From: a virus
DNA: 64,000 bases
Direction: 5' to 3' (one strand)
IMG/VR virus record: IMGVR_UViG_3300045988_101367
Span: 11,047 to 75,046 of that record
Made by a program: the position numbers and the translations under genes. Position 1 is the stretch's first letter, and every line of letters starts with the position of its first letter. Positions 28,967 through 38,188 of the stretch are shown here, in pieces. The notes beneath the pieces are model-generated. The model was not told the DNA's origin. It saw nothing but the letters and a program-made list of their open reading frames with translations, and did not search any database.

Positions 28967-30277
28967 AAAATTTAAGCAAATTCAGTAAGCTTAAATTTTT
29001 AAAAATTTTATATTTATTTGGATTTAATAAAATTTCATATATATTATAATAATATTAATTTTAACTATATGAATATGAAATTTGTAATTAATGAAGAATT
29101 AGGAGAAAAAATTAAAACTTTGTACTTAATAGATGGATTAAGTTGTACTAAGATTGGTAAAGAGGTTGGAATTTCTACTTCTACTATAAGTTCATTTCTA
29201 AAAAGAAATGGAATTGAAGTAGTTAATAAACAAAACAAATTATTATTTGATCTAGATAAAGATATTATTCCTAAATATAAGCAAGGGATAAGTTTATCTA
29301 AATTAGCTAAAGAGTATCATACTTCTATCCAAACTTTGTCTAGAAAATTAAAAGCTAAAGGGATTGAAATAATCAATCATCAAAATGAAACTAAATTTAA
29401 TGAACATATCTTCGATGTTATAGATACCGAGGAGAAGGCTTATTGGTTAGGATTTATATTTGCTGATGGTTATATTTCATCAAGAGATAACGGTTTTGAA
29501 CTATCTTTAAAAGGCTCTGATATTGAACACTTACATAAATTTAATAAGTTTATGGAGCATAATAAAGATAATGTCAAATTAGGGGAAGTTAAGAATAAAG
29601 ATAAAACTTTTTTAAGATGTCGCTGGGGAATAGTCAATAAGCACTTATGGAATACTCTAAATAATTTAGGATGTATTCCAAGAAAAAGTTTAACTCTTCA
29701 ATTTCCTAATATTTCTGAAGAATTAAAAATTCCTTTTATTAGAGGATACTTTGACGGAGATGGTTGTCTAAGTTATTATTAGAGAGCTAAAATTTTACCA
29801 AAAGTTTCATTTCTAGGAACTGAGCAATTTTTAGTAAAGATACAATCAATATTAAATAATTTTAATATAAAAAGTTCTTTAGTAAAAGATGCGCGAATGG
29901 AAAATACTCTAGTATTAAATGTATCTTCAACAAATTCTTTAGATTTTTTAGACTTAGTATATAGTAATAGTTCCATTTATTTAGACAGAAAATATAAAAG
30001 ATATAAAATTTTTAAAACTTGCCGTTCTAAACAGGAATGTTTAGAATTATTAGCGGGTGAAAACGGAGAAGGCTGTGATGCTAATTCCGTGGTAAATGAA
30101 GATAGTAACGAATCTTCATCACTGTAACGCGTAGAAGTTGAAACTCTTATAAGAGAATATAATACTTCCAAGAGCACCCGCTCTCCCAATCATTTGAATG
30201 GAGAAAAAGGTACGCTGAGCTATAACAAACAAGAAGTTATAGAAATATAGATAAAAAGCTATATGATAACAATACTG
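28967..30277 (+). mobile_element. group I-like self-splicing intron carrying a LAGLIDADG homing-endonuclease ORF; approximate boundaries
   Basis: It splits an ATPase gene between Walker A and Walker B. The 5' exon ends in U and the intron ends in G (…atactg|aaaacag). Its 3' ~230 nt and first ~20 nt are homologous to the ORF-less intron at 60123-60374. Confidence 0.5.
29018..30127 (+). CDS. LAGLIDADG homing endonuclease (two motifs) with N-terminal HTH repeats; needs readthrough of TAG 29780-29782
   Basis: AYWLGFIFADGYIS and IRGYFDGDGCLSYY are the two LAGLIDADG motifs. The track ORF stops at TAG immediately after motif 2, yet the same frame continues (…(Q)RAKILPKVSFLGTE(Q)FLVKIQSILNNFNIKSSLVKDARMENTLVLNV…) to TAA 30125-30127, as expected for a full-length enzyme. 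Confidence 0.6.
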
Positions 30278-31165
30278 AAAACAGTTACCGCAAAGGAACT
30301 TTGTAATCATTTACAGCTTCCTGTGATCTTAGTACAATCAATGGGTGTTGATACTAATAGTAAATTAATAAAATATTTATCTACCTCTATTGATTTTGAC
30401 TGTATCTTCTTCTTTGATGAATATGAGAAAGAATTTAAAAATTCTTCAGATGTTCTTTCTTTCATGGATGGTACTTATAACTCTATTTATCGTAAGGTAT
30501 TTTTACTTACTACTAATGAGTTAAATGTAGACCCAGATCTTCTTGGTAGACCTTCTAGAATAAGATATAAAAAGTCTTTCAGTAATCTTTCTGAGGAAGT
30601 TACTAGAGAGATTCTTAATGATATCTTGGAAGATAAAACTGCTATAGAAAAGGTTATAGAGCTAACTCATTCTATGAATATTATTACTATAGACTTAATT
30701 AAAGCTATAGCAACTGAAATTAATATTCATGGAGTAGAAGCTCTTCCTGATATTAAAGAAACCTTTAATATTGAATTCTCTAGGTTTACTTATTTGTATA
30801 GAGAAGTACAAATCAGACATTGTGACTTGAAATTTACTCCTGAAAATATAAAGAATATATTAAAAGCTTTTTATAAGTTTAAAGAAATTAAAAAGAAAGA
30901 TTGGAAGAAACATACTCGTGAAGAAAGCAAATTCTATAACGAATGGTCTACTAAGTTCAATGAGGATTATGGTTCCACTACTGAGGATAAAGAGTTAAAA
31001 TATCTGGAACCTGGAGATTATTTTGAGGATGATCGTATATTGATGGTAAGTATTAAAGAAAAATATGTAGTAACTATGACTGATTATGGGAATATTAGAA
31101 TATATATAATTAATAGTTGCTATTCTACAAGTAAAGCTACAGGTCTTGTAAATTACGAATTATAA
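30278..31165 (+). CDS. AAA+ ATPase, exon 2 (Walker B FFFDEYE, sensor LLTTN, Arg-finger-like RPSR)
   Basis: KTVTAKELCNHLQLPVILVQSMGV…CIFFFDEYE…VFLLTTNE…LLGRPSRIRY; the track ORF 30263-31165 begins inside the intron 3' end. Confidence 0.5.
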   Translation, partial: KTVTAKELCNHLQLPVILVQSMGVDTNSKLIKYLSTSIDFDCIFFFDEYEKEFKNSSDVLSFMDGTYNSIYRKVFLLTTNELNVDPDLLGRPSRIRYKKSFSNLSEEVTREILNDILEDKTAIEKVIELTHSMNIITIDLIKAIATEINIHGVEALPDIKETFNIEFSRFTYLYREVQIRHCDLKFTPENIKNILKAFYKFKEIKKKDWKKHTREESKFYNEWSTKFNEDYGSTTEDKELKYLEPGDYFEDDRILMVSIKEKYVVTMTDYGNIRIYIINSCYSTSKATGLVNYEL

Positions 31166-31243
31166 AAAATAAATGCCCCCCTGGAATTAATATCAGTTAG
31201 TTCTTAGATATTTAATTTTTATTATTTAAACATTTACAAATTT

Positions 31244-32797
31244 ATGGAACATTTAGTTCTTATTGGTGTTATCGCAGTCGTTATTATTGTACTACTTGTT
31301 ATTATTGCTACAATGTATGTTAAAGCTCCTCCTTCGATGGCGTACATTCTTTCAGGTTTTCGTAAGGAGCCACGAGTACTTATCGGTGGTGGTGGAGTAA
31401 AAATTCCTGTACTTGAACGATTAGATAAAGTATATCTTGGTCAAGTAACAGTTGATGTTAAGACTTCACAACCAGTTCCTACTCATGATTTCTTGGATGT
31501 AATGGTAGATGCCGTATGTAAAGTTAGGGTAAAACCTGATACAGAAGGCACTAGACTTGCAGCTAAGAACTTCTTGAATATGAATTCTGTGCAGATTGCT
31601 GCTCAGGTGAAAGATTCTTTGGAGGGTAATATGCGTGAAGTAGTAGGTTCTCTTGACTTGATTAAGATTAACACTGATAGAGATGCATTCTCTGATGAAA
31701 TTCAGAAGAAGGCAGCTCCTGATATGGCTAAGTTAGGTCTTGAGATTTTGTCTTGCAATATTCAGAATATTACTGATGAGAAAGGCTTGATCCGTGATTT
31801 GGGAGCTGATAATACAGCAGCTATTCAGAAGAATGCTAAGATTACCCGTGCTAATGCTGATAGAGATGTAGCTAAGGCTCAGGCTGAGGCTGACAATGAG
31901 GCTAATGAAGCACGAGTAAAGGCTGACACCATTATTGCTGAACGTAATAATGAATTAGCTATTAAGAGAGCTGAACTGAAGAGATTGTCTGATATTAAGA
32001 AGGCTGAATCTGATGCCGCATATGAAATTCAGCAGCAGGAGCAGCAGAAAACTATTAATATCAAGACTGTAGATGCTGATATTGAGAAGACTCGTAAAGA
32101 ACAAACCTTGTCTGAGGAGAAGATTAAGATTAAGCAGAATGAGTATCTTGCAGATGTAAATGCTAAGGCTGATGCTGACAAGTATCAGACAGAAATTGAT
32201 GCTCAGGCTGCTTTAGAGAAGCAGAAGCGTGAGGCTGAGGCTGAAGCTTATAAAGCAGAGCAAACTGCTAAGGCTGTAAAAGCTAAGGCTGAAGCTAATC
32301 GTTATTCTCAGGAGCAGGAGGCAGCAGGTATTCGTGCTAAGGGTGAAGCTGAAGCATATGCTACTCAGCAGACCTTGACTGCGGAAGCTGAAGGTACTAA
32401 AGCTAAACTTTTGGCAGAAGCTGAAGGTGTGAAGGCTAAGGGTCTTGCAGAAGCTGAGGCTATGCAGAAGAAGGCTGAAGCATACAGTAAGTATGGCTCT
32501 ATTGCTGTAATTGACATGCTTTCTAAACTTAATGAGAAAGTTCTTCCTGATATGGCTAAGTATATTGCTGAACCTATGAGTAAGATTGGCAATATGACAG
32601 TTTATGGAACTAATGGTTCTGAGGCTTCTGGTATTTCTGGTAATGTACCTGCTATTATTAAGCAGACTCGTGACATTGTAAAAGATGCCACAGGTGTAGA
32701 TATGGCAGACATTATGAAGGCTAACACCATTGATGCTAAGGTTAACAAGAATGTTAACGTTAATGGCGATGTAGAAAACACCAATGTAAATGTATAA
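31244..32797 (+). CDS. SPFH/band-7 flotillin-like protein (517 aa), N-terminal TM helix, long Ala/Glu/Lys-rich coiled-coil region
   Basis: N-terminal membrane anchor, SPFH-type core (…YILSGFRKEPRVLIGGGGVKIPVLERLDKVYLGQVTVDV…), then extended EAEA/AKA repeats typical of flotillins (FloT/YqiK-like). Higher GC than the flanks. Confidence 0.7.
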   Translation: MEHLVLIGVIAVVIIVLLVIIATMYVKAPPSMAYILSGFRKEPRVLIGGGGVKIPVLERLDKVYLGQVTVDVKTSQPVPTHDFLDVMVDAVCKVRVKPDTEGTRLAAKNFLNMNSVQIAAQVKDSLEGNMREVVGSLDLIKINTDRDAFSDEIQKKAAPDMAKLGLEILSCNIQNITDEKGLIRDLGADNTAAIQKNAKITRANADRDVAKAQAEADNEANEARVKADTIIAERNNELAIKRAELKRLSDIKKAESDAAYEIQQQEQQKTINIKTVDADIEKTRKEQTLSEEKIKIKQNEYLADVNAKADADKYQTEIDAQAALEKQKREAEAEAYKAEQTAKAVKAKAEANRYSQEQEAAGIRAKGEAEAYATQQTLTAEAEGTKAKLLAEAEGVKAKGLAEAEAMQKKAEAYSKYGSIAVIDMLSKLNEKVLPDMAKYIAEPMSKIGNMTVYGTNGSEASGISGNVPAIIKQTRDIVKDATGVDMADIMKANTIDAKVNKNVNVNGDVENTNVNV

Positions 32798-32803
32798 ACA
32801 TTA

Positions 32804-32840
32804 AGTATCACAGAGGGAGGGAATAATCTCTCCCTCTTTT
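32804..32840 (+). terminator. rho-independent terminator
   Basis: agagggagggaataatctctccctc stem followed by tttttct. Confidence 0.55.
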
Positions 32841-32859
32841 TCTAACTTTTAAAAATTTT

Positions 32860-34893
32860 ATGGAATACTTAGATTTTAGAAATCTTGTTACAGAAGCATG
32901 TAATAAGATGATTAAAGAGAACAAACATCTCTTTATTCTTGACACTCAAAAAGAGTTTTTATGGATGGCTTATATGGAATCTTTCCCTGAAGGAGCCGTA
33001 CGTCAAGAATTTAACTGTGTAAATTGTAAACATTTCATTACTCGCTATGGAGTATTAGTCTCTGTAGATGAGAATTATAAAATACATTCTTACTGGGAGG
33101 ATGTTCACGCTGAAGGAATGTTTGCTAAAGTTGTAGACAATATGTTACAAGTGCTTAAAAATACTAAAATTAGGAATGCATTTGTTACGAAAGAGACTAC
33201 GATGGGTTGTAAATGTAATCAGCAGATACTACCTTCTAAAGAAATAATTACTTGGAACCATTTTTATGCTACTCCTACAAGTAATTTAATTATGGATAAG
33301 TCTCAGATTCCAACATTCCGTGCAGGTGCTAAATCTTCACATGATGTATGGGTAAGAACTTTATCTGAAATTAACTATAATTCTGTACAAACAGTATTAG
33401 ACTTAATTGTAGATGATAACCTCTATAGAGGTGACACTTATCTACGTCAAGTGAGTGCTTTAAAGACTGCTCTTGATACAATAGAGAGTAAGCACTTGGA
33501 AGGTTTTGAGTTAGATAATTATGCTTGGATATCTTCTTGTGTACTTCCTGATGCTGTAACACATATACTTAATAGTGCTATAGGTCAACTTCTTAAAGAC
33601 ATAACTGATACTAACAATGTTGAAAGTTCAGTTAAAAAGTTTGAAGCTATGGTTGCTCCTTATAATTATAAGAGACCTAAGGGTATTATCACCAAAACTC
33701 AGGTAGAAAATGCTTATAAAACTGTAGTAGAACTTGGTTATGAAGATTCTTTAGAGCGCCGTCATGCTAAAGTAGAAGATATATCTATTGAAGATGTTAT
33801 CTTTGTAAATAGAGAAACTCGTAAGAGAATGTTAGGAGGATTTGATTCTCTTATGAATGAAACTTCTAATACTAGCAAAACTGCTACAGACTTTGAGAAG
33901 ACTGCTATTCCAACAACTATGGAAGAGTTCCTTAATAATATTGTTTCTAAGGCTAGTAAGCTTGAATTATTCTTTGACAATAAGTTAAATAATAATTTAG
34001 TAACTCTTACTGCCCCAGTTAATAAAGAAGCTCCTTCTATGTTTAAATGGAATAATGGGTTTGCTTGGGCATATAATGGTAATATCTCTGATGCTATTAA
34101 ACAACGTGTTAAAGAAGTAGGAGGTAAGGTAGATGGCTATATGAGAATCTCTCTTCATTGGTATAATTACGATGATTTGGATTTACATATGGATAGTCCT
34201 TATGGACACATTTATTATAGTAATAAAGCGGACCTTCTTGATGTAGATATGAATGCCTATGGAGGTAGTGCTTTTGAAGAACGTAATAATCCTAAGAAAT
34301 TCTCTCGCAATGCTGTAGAAAATATCATTTTCTCAGGAATTCCTAAAGCAGGTACTTATAAAGTATTTGTTAACAACTTTGCTAAAGTTGAAAATATTGA
34401 TTTAGGATTTGAAGTAGAAGTAGAACTCAATGGAGTTGTTCATACTTATGTGTATGATAAAGACGTCCCTCATAAGAGCGATGTTTCAGTATTAGACTTT
34501 ACTTCTAATGGGCGTGAAGTTATCTTTACTAAAGAACATTTAAGTAGTACTACAGCATCTAAAGAAATTTGGGGAGTAAAGACTCAGAACTTCGTTGAAG
34601 TATCTGCTATATGCTTATCTCCAAATTACTGGGGAAATAATAAAGTAGGTGCTAAGCACTATTTCTTTATATTGAAGGATTGTAAGAATCCAGATGCTGT
34701 TCGTGGATATTTTAATGAATATCTTAAAGATGAACTCACTAAAAATCATAAGAGAGTATTTGAAGTATTAGCATCTAAAGCTTTAACTCCTTATGATGAT
34801 AATCAGATGAGTGGTTTAGGATTTATAGCTACTTCTCGTAATTCACTTATGGTTAGAGTAGATTCAGGTAAAATTTATAAAGTAAACATTTAA
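32860..34893 (+). CDS. large hypothetical protein (677 aa) co-located with the flotillin gene
   Basis: Track ORF. N-terminal FNCVNCKHF Cys pair. No family recognised by eye. Confidence 0.5.
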   Translation: MEYLDFRNLVTEACNKMIKENKHLFILDTQKEFLWMAYMESFPEGAVRQEFNCVNCKHFITRYGVLVSVDENYKIHSYWEDVHAEGMFAKVVDNMLQVLKNTKIRNAFVTKETTMGCKCNQQILPSKEIITWNHFYATPTSNLIMDKSQIPTFRAGAKSSHDVWVRTLSEINYNSVQTVLDLIVDDNLYRGDTYLRQVSALKTALDTIESKHLEGFELDNYAWISSCVLPDAVTHILNSAIGQLLKDITDTNNVESSVKKFEAMVAPYNYKRPKGIITKTQVENAYKTVVELGYEDSLERRHAKVEDISIEDVIFVNRETRKRMLGGFDSLMNETSNTSKTATDFEKTAIPTTMEEFLNNIVSKASKLELFFDNKLNNNLVTLTAPVNKEAPSMFKWNNGFAWAYNGNISDAIKQRVKEVGGKVDGYMRISLHWYNYDDLDLHMDSPYGHIYYSNKADLLDVDMNAYGGSAFEERNNPKKFSRNAVENIIFSGIPKAGTYKVFVNNFAKVENIDLGFEVEVELNGVVHTYVYDKDVPHKSDVSVLDFTSNGREVIFTKEHLSSTTASKEIWGVKTQNFVEVSAICLSPNYWGNNKVGAKHYFFILKDCKNPDAVRGYFNEYLKDELTKNHKRVFEVLASKALTPYDDNQMSGLGFIATSRNSLMVRVDSGKIYKVNI

Positions 34894-34905
34894 TAATTAA
34901 CAACA

Positions 34906-35274
34906 ATGTACAAAGAAGCATTACAAAAGAAATTACGTTTTAAGACAAACAAGGGTATGCTTACTACAGAAGATTTGTTCGACTTATCTCTGCAGAATCT
35001 TAACACTTTAGCTATTATGCTGGATAAGAAAATTAGTGAGGCTCCTAAGAAGTCTTTCATTGAAGAGCTCCCAGCTGAAGAAAATGATGATGAACTTCGT
35101 TTCAGCATCGTAAAAGATGTAATTAATATTAAATTAAAGGCTCGTAAAGACAATATTGATAAAGCACAAGCTGATGCTCAAAAGAAACGCATCCTTGAGA
35201 TCCTCGCAAAGAGAAATGACGAAGAGCTTGAGAAGAAATCTACTGAAGAACTTCGTGCTATGCTTCAGAATTAA
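34906..35274 (+). CDS. hypothetical coiled-coil protein (122 aa)
   Basis: Track ORF, charged and helical. Confidence 0.4.
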   Translation: MYKEALQKKLRFKTNKGMLTTEDLFDLSLQNLNTLAIMLDKKISEAPKKSFIEELPAEENDDELRFSIVKDVINIKLKARKDNIDKAQADAQKKRILEILAKRNDEELEKKSTEELRAMLQN

Positions 35275-35391
35275 AATTTTTAAGATTTTATTTTTAGAAA
35301 AAAAATTCACAACTATAATAACTTCAGTAATAAGGAGTACTTATTGAACGTTGTGAAACGTGAATTATAGTCGTGATAATTAAAGGAAACT

Positions 35392-35430
35392 CAATCTTTT
35401 GAGGGGACTCTATTTAGAGTTCCCTCTTTT
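35392..35430 (+). terminator. rho-independent terminator
   Basis: gaggggactct-attt-agagttccctc followed by ttttgg. Confidence 0.5.
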
Positions 35431-35438
35431 GGTTTATT

Positions 35439-35660
35439 ATGACTAGCAAATTTAAATTGTATGAAAGTATTGTTTTAGACAATATCAAATTTACAGTTAT
35501 TAATATTAGTGTAATTCCACAATGTGCTCAATATATAGATGATAAATTTGTCTATTTATTTGATTTTAATTATTCTTTAAGTTATGGGGATTACAAGATA
35601 GAACTCACAGAGACAGAAATAAATAATTTAATTAAAAATAATAAAGTAAACAAAAATTAA
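35439..35660 (+). CDS. hypothetical protein (73 aa)
   Basis: Track ORF. Confidence 0.35.
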   Translation: MTSKFKLYESIVLDNIKFTVINISVIPQCAQYIDDKFVYLFDFNYSLSYGDYKIELTETEINNLIKNNKVNKN

Positions 35661-35813
35661 CTTTTATAGTTAAATTATATTTATATCACAAACGGGTTAG
35701 GACTGTTATAGTTACGAATTTCATGATTCCCAGATGTATATATCTATAAATATACTGACTTTTTTGAAGATTTCAACATGAAATTGGAAGGGTCGTACTT
35801 ACCTTAGTACACA

Positions 35814-35848
35814 GAACCGAGAATTGGGAAGTTCTCGGTTCATTTTTA
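35814..35848 (+). terminator. rho-independent terminator
   Basis: gaaccgagaa-ttgggaag-ttctcggttc followed by atttttaaatttt. Confidence 0.55.
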
Positions 35849-35922
35849 AATTTTATTAAAATTATATTTTGAATAATAAAATTTAGATTTATAATAGTCA
35901 ATACGATAAAAAAGAATAAAAA

Positions 35923-36078
35923 ATGAAGAAATTACTTGTATTTAGTGTGTTATTTACACTCTTAAGTTGTTCTACTGGTTCAAATAATTCAGTAAATTCA
36001 ACTTCAAATGATTCTATTAATGTTGATACTACAGTAGTTGATACTACTGCTATTGATTCAACTGTATGTCCTGATTAA
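35923..36078 (+). CDS. small lipoprotein (51 aa; signal peptide plus LLSC lipobox)
   Basis: MKKLLVFSVLFTLLSCSTGSNNSVNSTSNDS... Confidence 0.4.
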   Translation: MKKLLVFSVLFTLLSCSTGSNNSVNSTSNDSINVDTTVVDTTAIDSTVCPD

Positions 36079-36089
36079 TCAGGACTTTC

Positions 36090-36170
36090 GTCTAGATAAC
36101 CAAGTGGTCAACGGCAGCAAGCTGTTAACTTGCCCCGAAAGGTTCCTAGGTTCGAATCTTAGTCTAGACG
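36090..36170 (+). tRNA. tRNA-Asn(GTT) with unusually long variable arm
   Basis: Acceptor GTCTAGA/TCTAGAC perfect, anticodon arm GCAAG-CTGTTAA-CTTGC, ~12-nt variable region, T-arm CTAGG-TTCGAAT-CTTAG. A palindrome gtcctgattaatcaggac precedes it. Confidence 0.5.
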
Positions 36171-36241
36171 CAATAATATATGCCTCTTATTTCTAAGGTT
36201 AGCTACCTTCTCGAAAAGAAATGTGTACACAAGAGGCGCCT

Positions 36242-36318
36242 GGAGTATTAAGCCCTGTTGGTAAGGGAACTAGACTGTCATTCTAGTAAAACTAAGGGTT
36301 CGAATCCCTTATATTCCG
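36242..36318 (+). tRNA. tRNA-Asp(GTC)
   Basis: Acceptor GGAGTAT/ATATTCC, anticodon arm CTAGA-CTGTCAT-TCTAG, T-arm AAGGG-TTCGAAT-CCCTT. Confidence 0.6.
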
Positions 36319-36343
36319 CAACTAATTAAAAAAAATAAATAAT

Positions 36344-36820
36344 ATGAAAAAAACTTTTAATTATCAATCTGATGCAAATTTTTATGATAAAAAGGATTTT
36401 ATTATAGCTACTTTAAAAAGAAAAATAAATAGTTTTAAAGAGTATGATGCTGAAAGAAAAAAGCATTATGCGGGACTAGAACAAAAAATCGGAGAGTTAG
36501 AATCTTATATAGATGAATTAGAAAATGGATCGACTATAGCTTCCTTAAATAATAAGATTCAGTCTTTAGAAAATGAGATTGAGAAACAGAATCTTAAAAT
36601 TAGAGAGTTAAGAGCTAAAGTTAATATATCTTTATTTGATAATACTAAGTCTTTTAGAGAATTGGAATCTATAGCAAATAATTTGAAAGACTTTAATAGC
36701 ATGAAATTAGCTATTAAAGCTCTCAAAAAACATCTTAAAGATAATAAAAAAACTATATCTGATTTAGTATATGAATTAACACAAGCTAAACTTAAAATAA
36801 AACAATTAACTGGAGAGTAA
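36344..36820 (+). CDS. hypothetical coiled-coil protein (158 aa)
   Basis: Track ORF, followed by ggaga-gtaa-tctcc hairpin terminator (36800-36830). Confidence 0.45.
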   Translation: MKKTFNYQSDANFYDKKDFIIATLKRKINSFKEYDAERKKHYAGLEQKIGELESYIDELENGSTIASLNNKIQSLENEIEKQNLKIRELRAKVNISLFDNTKSFRELESIANNLKDFNSMKLAIKALKKHLKDNKKTISDLVYELTQAKLKIKQLTGE

Positions 36821-36830
36821 TCTCCAATTT

Positions 36831-36904
36831 GGGCTCGTAGTTCAGTTGGCTAGAACGCTACTTTTGCAAGGTAGATGTCGTGGGTTCGAGTCCCACCGTG
36901 GTCC
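36831..36904 (+). tRNA. tRNA-Ala(TGC)-like with mismatched acceptor stem (possible pseudogene)
   Basis: D-arm GTTC-AGTTGGCTA-GAAC, anticodon arm CTACT-TTTGCAA-GGTAG, T-arm GTGGG-TTCGAGT-CCCAC. The 3' strand CGTGGTC does not complement the 5' GGGCTCG (2-3 mismatches). Confidence 0.4.
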
Positions 36905-36923
36905 ACTATTAAATTAAATATTT

Positions 36924-37262
36924 ATGAAAATAACTATTGATACAGACAATTTAGAAACATTAAAGTATAAAACTGAAGATGTTCCTATTTTAATGAAGAC
37001 TTTCCAACAATTAATAAATAAATTAATGTATGAAGTAATAGGGAATTATTATTCTGTAGACAATGTTCCTGAAGATGCTCCAAAATGGGTAAAAGAAGAA
37101 CTACTTAATGTAGGAAAAACCTGTTATATGGATGGGCATATGAATAAAGAATATGTCTTTAAAGGTATTCAAGAAACATTTGAGGATTATTATTATATAT
37201 TAGAAGATAATAATAAAAAAATTTCTTATTCTTCATGCGTTGGAAAGATATCTTATAAATAA
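36924..37262 (+). CDS. hypothetical protein (112 aa)
   Basis: Track ORF. Confidence 0.4.
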   Translation: MKITIDTDNLETLKYKTEDVPILMKTFQQLINKLMYEVIGNYYSVDNVPEDAPKWVKEELLNVGKTCYMDGHMNKEYVFKGIQETFEDYYYILEDNNKKISYSSCVGKISYK

Positions 37263-37264
37263 AT

Positions 37265-37342
37265 GCAAGATTAGTGTAGCTGAAGGCGCATATCTGGCTT
37301 CCAACCAGAAGGCTTGCGTGGGTTTGATTCCCACATCTTGCA
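37265..37342 (+). tRNA. tRNA-Gly(TCC)
   Basis: Acceptor GCAAGAT/ATCTTGC perfect, anticodon arm TCTGG-CTTCCAA-CCAGA, T-arm GTGGG-TTTGATT-CCCAC. Variable region is longer than usual. Confidence 0.55.
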
Positions 37343-37436
37343 CTATGATAAAGCTCTAGAATACTAGTTACAGGAGCAACGTAACTTATAGGGTGCCTCT
37401 CAACGATGCATACTCGCCTATTAGGTGTCGTAGAAC

Positions 37437-37467
37437 CTACGAACTGGAATGGTTCGACGTTTTTTGC
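37437..37467 (+). terminator. rho-independent terminator
   Basis: acgaac-tggaatg-gttcgacgt followed by tttttt. Confidence 0.45.
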
Positions 37468-37739
37468 ATTCCTACAGAATCCTAAATAATAAAAATAGAG
37501 ACCATAAGATTGTCTCTAACAGGGGTGATTTACCTGGGATTCTTAATTTTTTAAACTCTCCTCCTAGATATTTTATAAGTTAAACTTTAAATTTGATTTA
37601 TTATGATGAAAATTTTAAAAAGAACTTTAAAAGCATTTAAGAAGGGTTGGACTTGGTATGCTAATCAGTATTGTAGATTATACATGCCTCCAATTATTTA
37701 ATCTTATTATTTAATTTGTAAGTACCAAAGGGGTACTTA

Positions 37740-37775
37740 CTGATGTTGAGTCGGGCAATAAGCTCGACTTTTTTG
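37740..37775 (+). terminator. rho-independent terminator
   Basis: gagtcgggcaataagctcgac hairpin followed by tttttt; preceded by a 9-bp-stem hairpin gtaagtacc-aaagg-ggtacttac. Confidence 0.45.
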
Positions 37776-37805
37776 TTTGTATACATTTTAAAAATTTTAT
37801 ATATT

Positions 37806-38174
37806 ATGGGAATAATTAACACAATTAAAACAACATTAAATGGTATTAATGGTGCTACTTGAATTAACAATGTTAAAATAGAAGGAGCACAAACCATTAG
37901 TATTAATAATGGTAAAATTTATGTAAATGGAAATTTAAGAGAAGGTCTTGAAAGTCCATCTATAGAAGTAAAAATAGAAGGTAATGTAGCTAGTGTACGT
38001 ACTGATAGTGGGGATGTCTCAATTACAGGGGATGTTTCAACTGTTAATACAACTAGTGGTGATGTATCCTGCAAAGACGTTAAAGGTGGAGTATTAACAA
38101 TGAGTGGCGATGTTACTTGTAGTAATATTGGTGGAAATGTTAGTACTATGAGTGGTAACATATGCCATAACTAA
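37806..38174 (+). CDS. repeat-rich (GDVS/GNVS) beta-helix-like protein with one in-frame TGA (37860-37862)
   Basis: MGIINTIKTTLNGINGAT-TGA-INNVKIEGAQTISINNGKIYVNGNL...SGDVSITGDVSTVNTTSGDVSCKDVKGGVLTMSGDVTCSNIGGNVSTMSGNICHN; frame continuous across the TGA. Confidence 0.35.
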
Positions 38175-38188
38175 AAAGATTATTTATA

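Noticed and set aside
30119-30310. Minus-strand track ORFs 30119-30310 and 60018-60401
   Set aside because: Both fall inside the two homologous intron 3' regions and are near-identical because of that repeat, not because they encode a protein family.
32365-32811. Minus-strand ORFs inside the flotillin gene (32365-32592, 32602-32811) and antisense ORFs inside the NAMPT-like gene (41851-42220)
   Set aside because: Antisense artefacts of the GC-richer, Ala-codon-rich sense genes.
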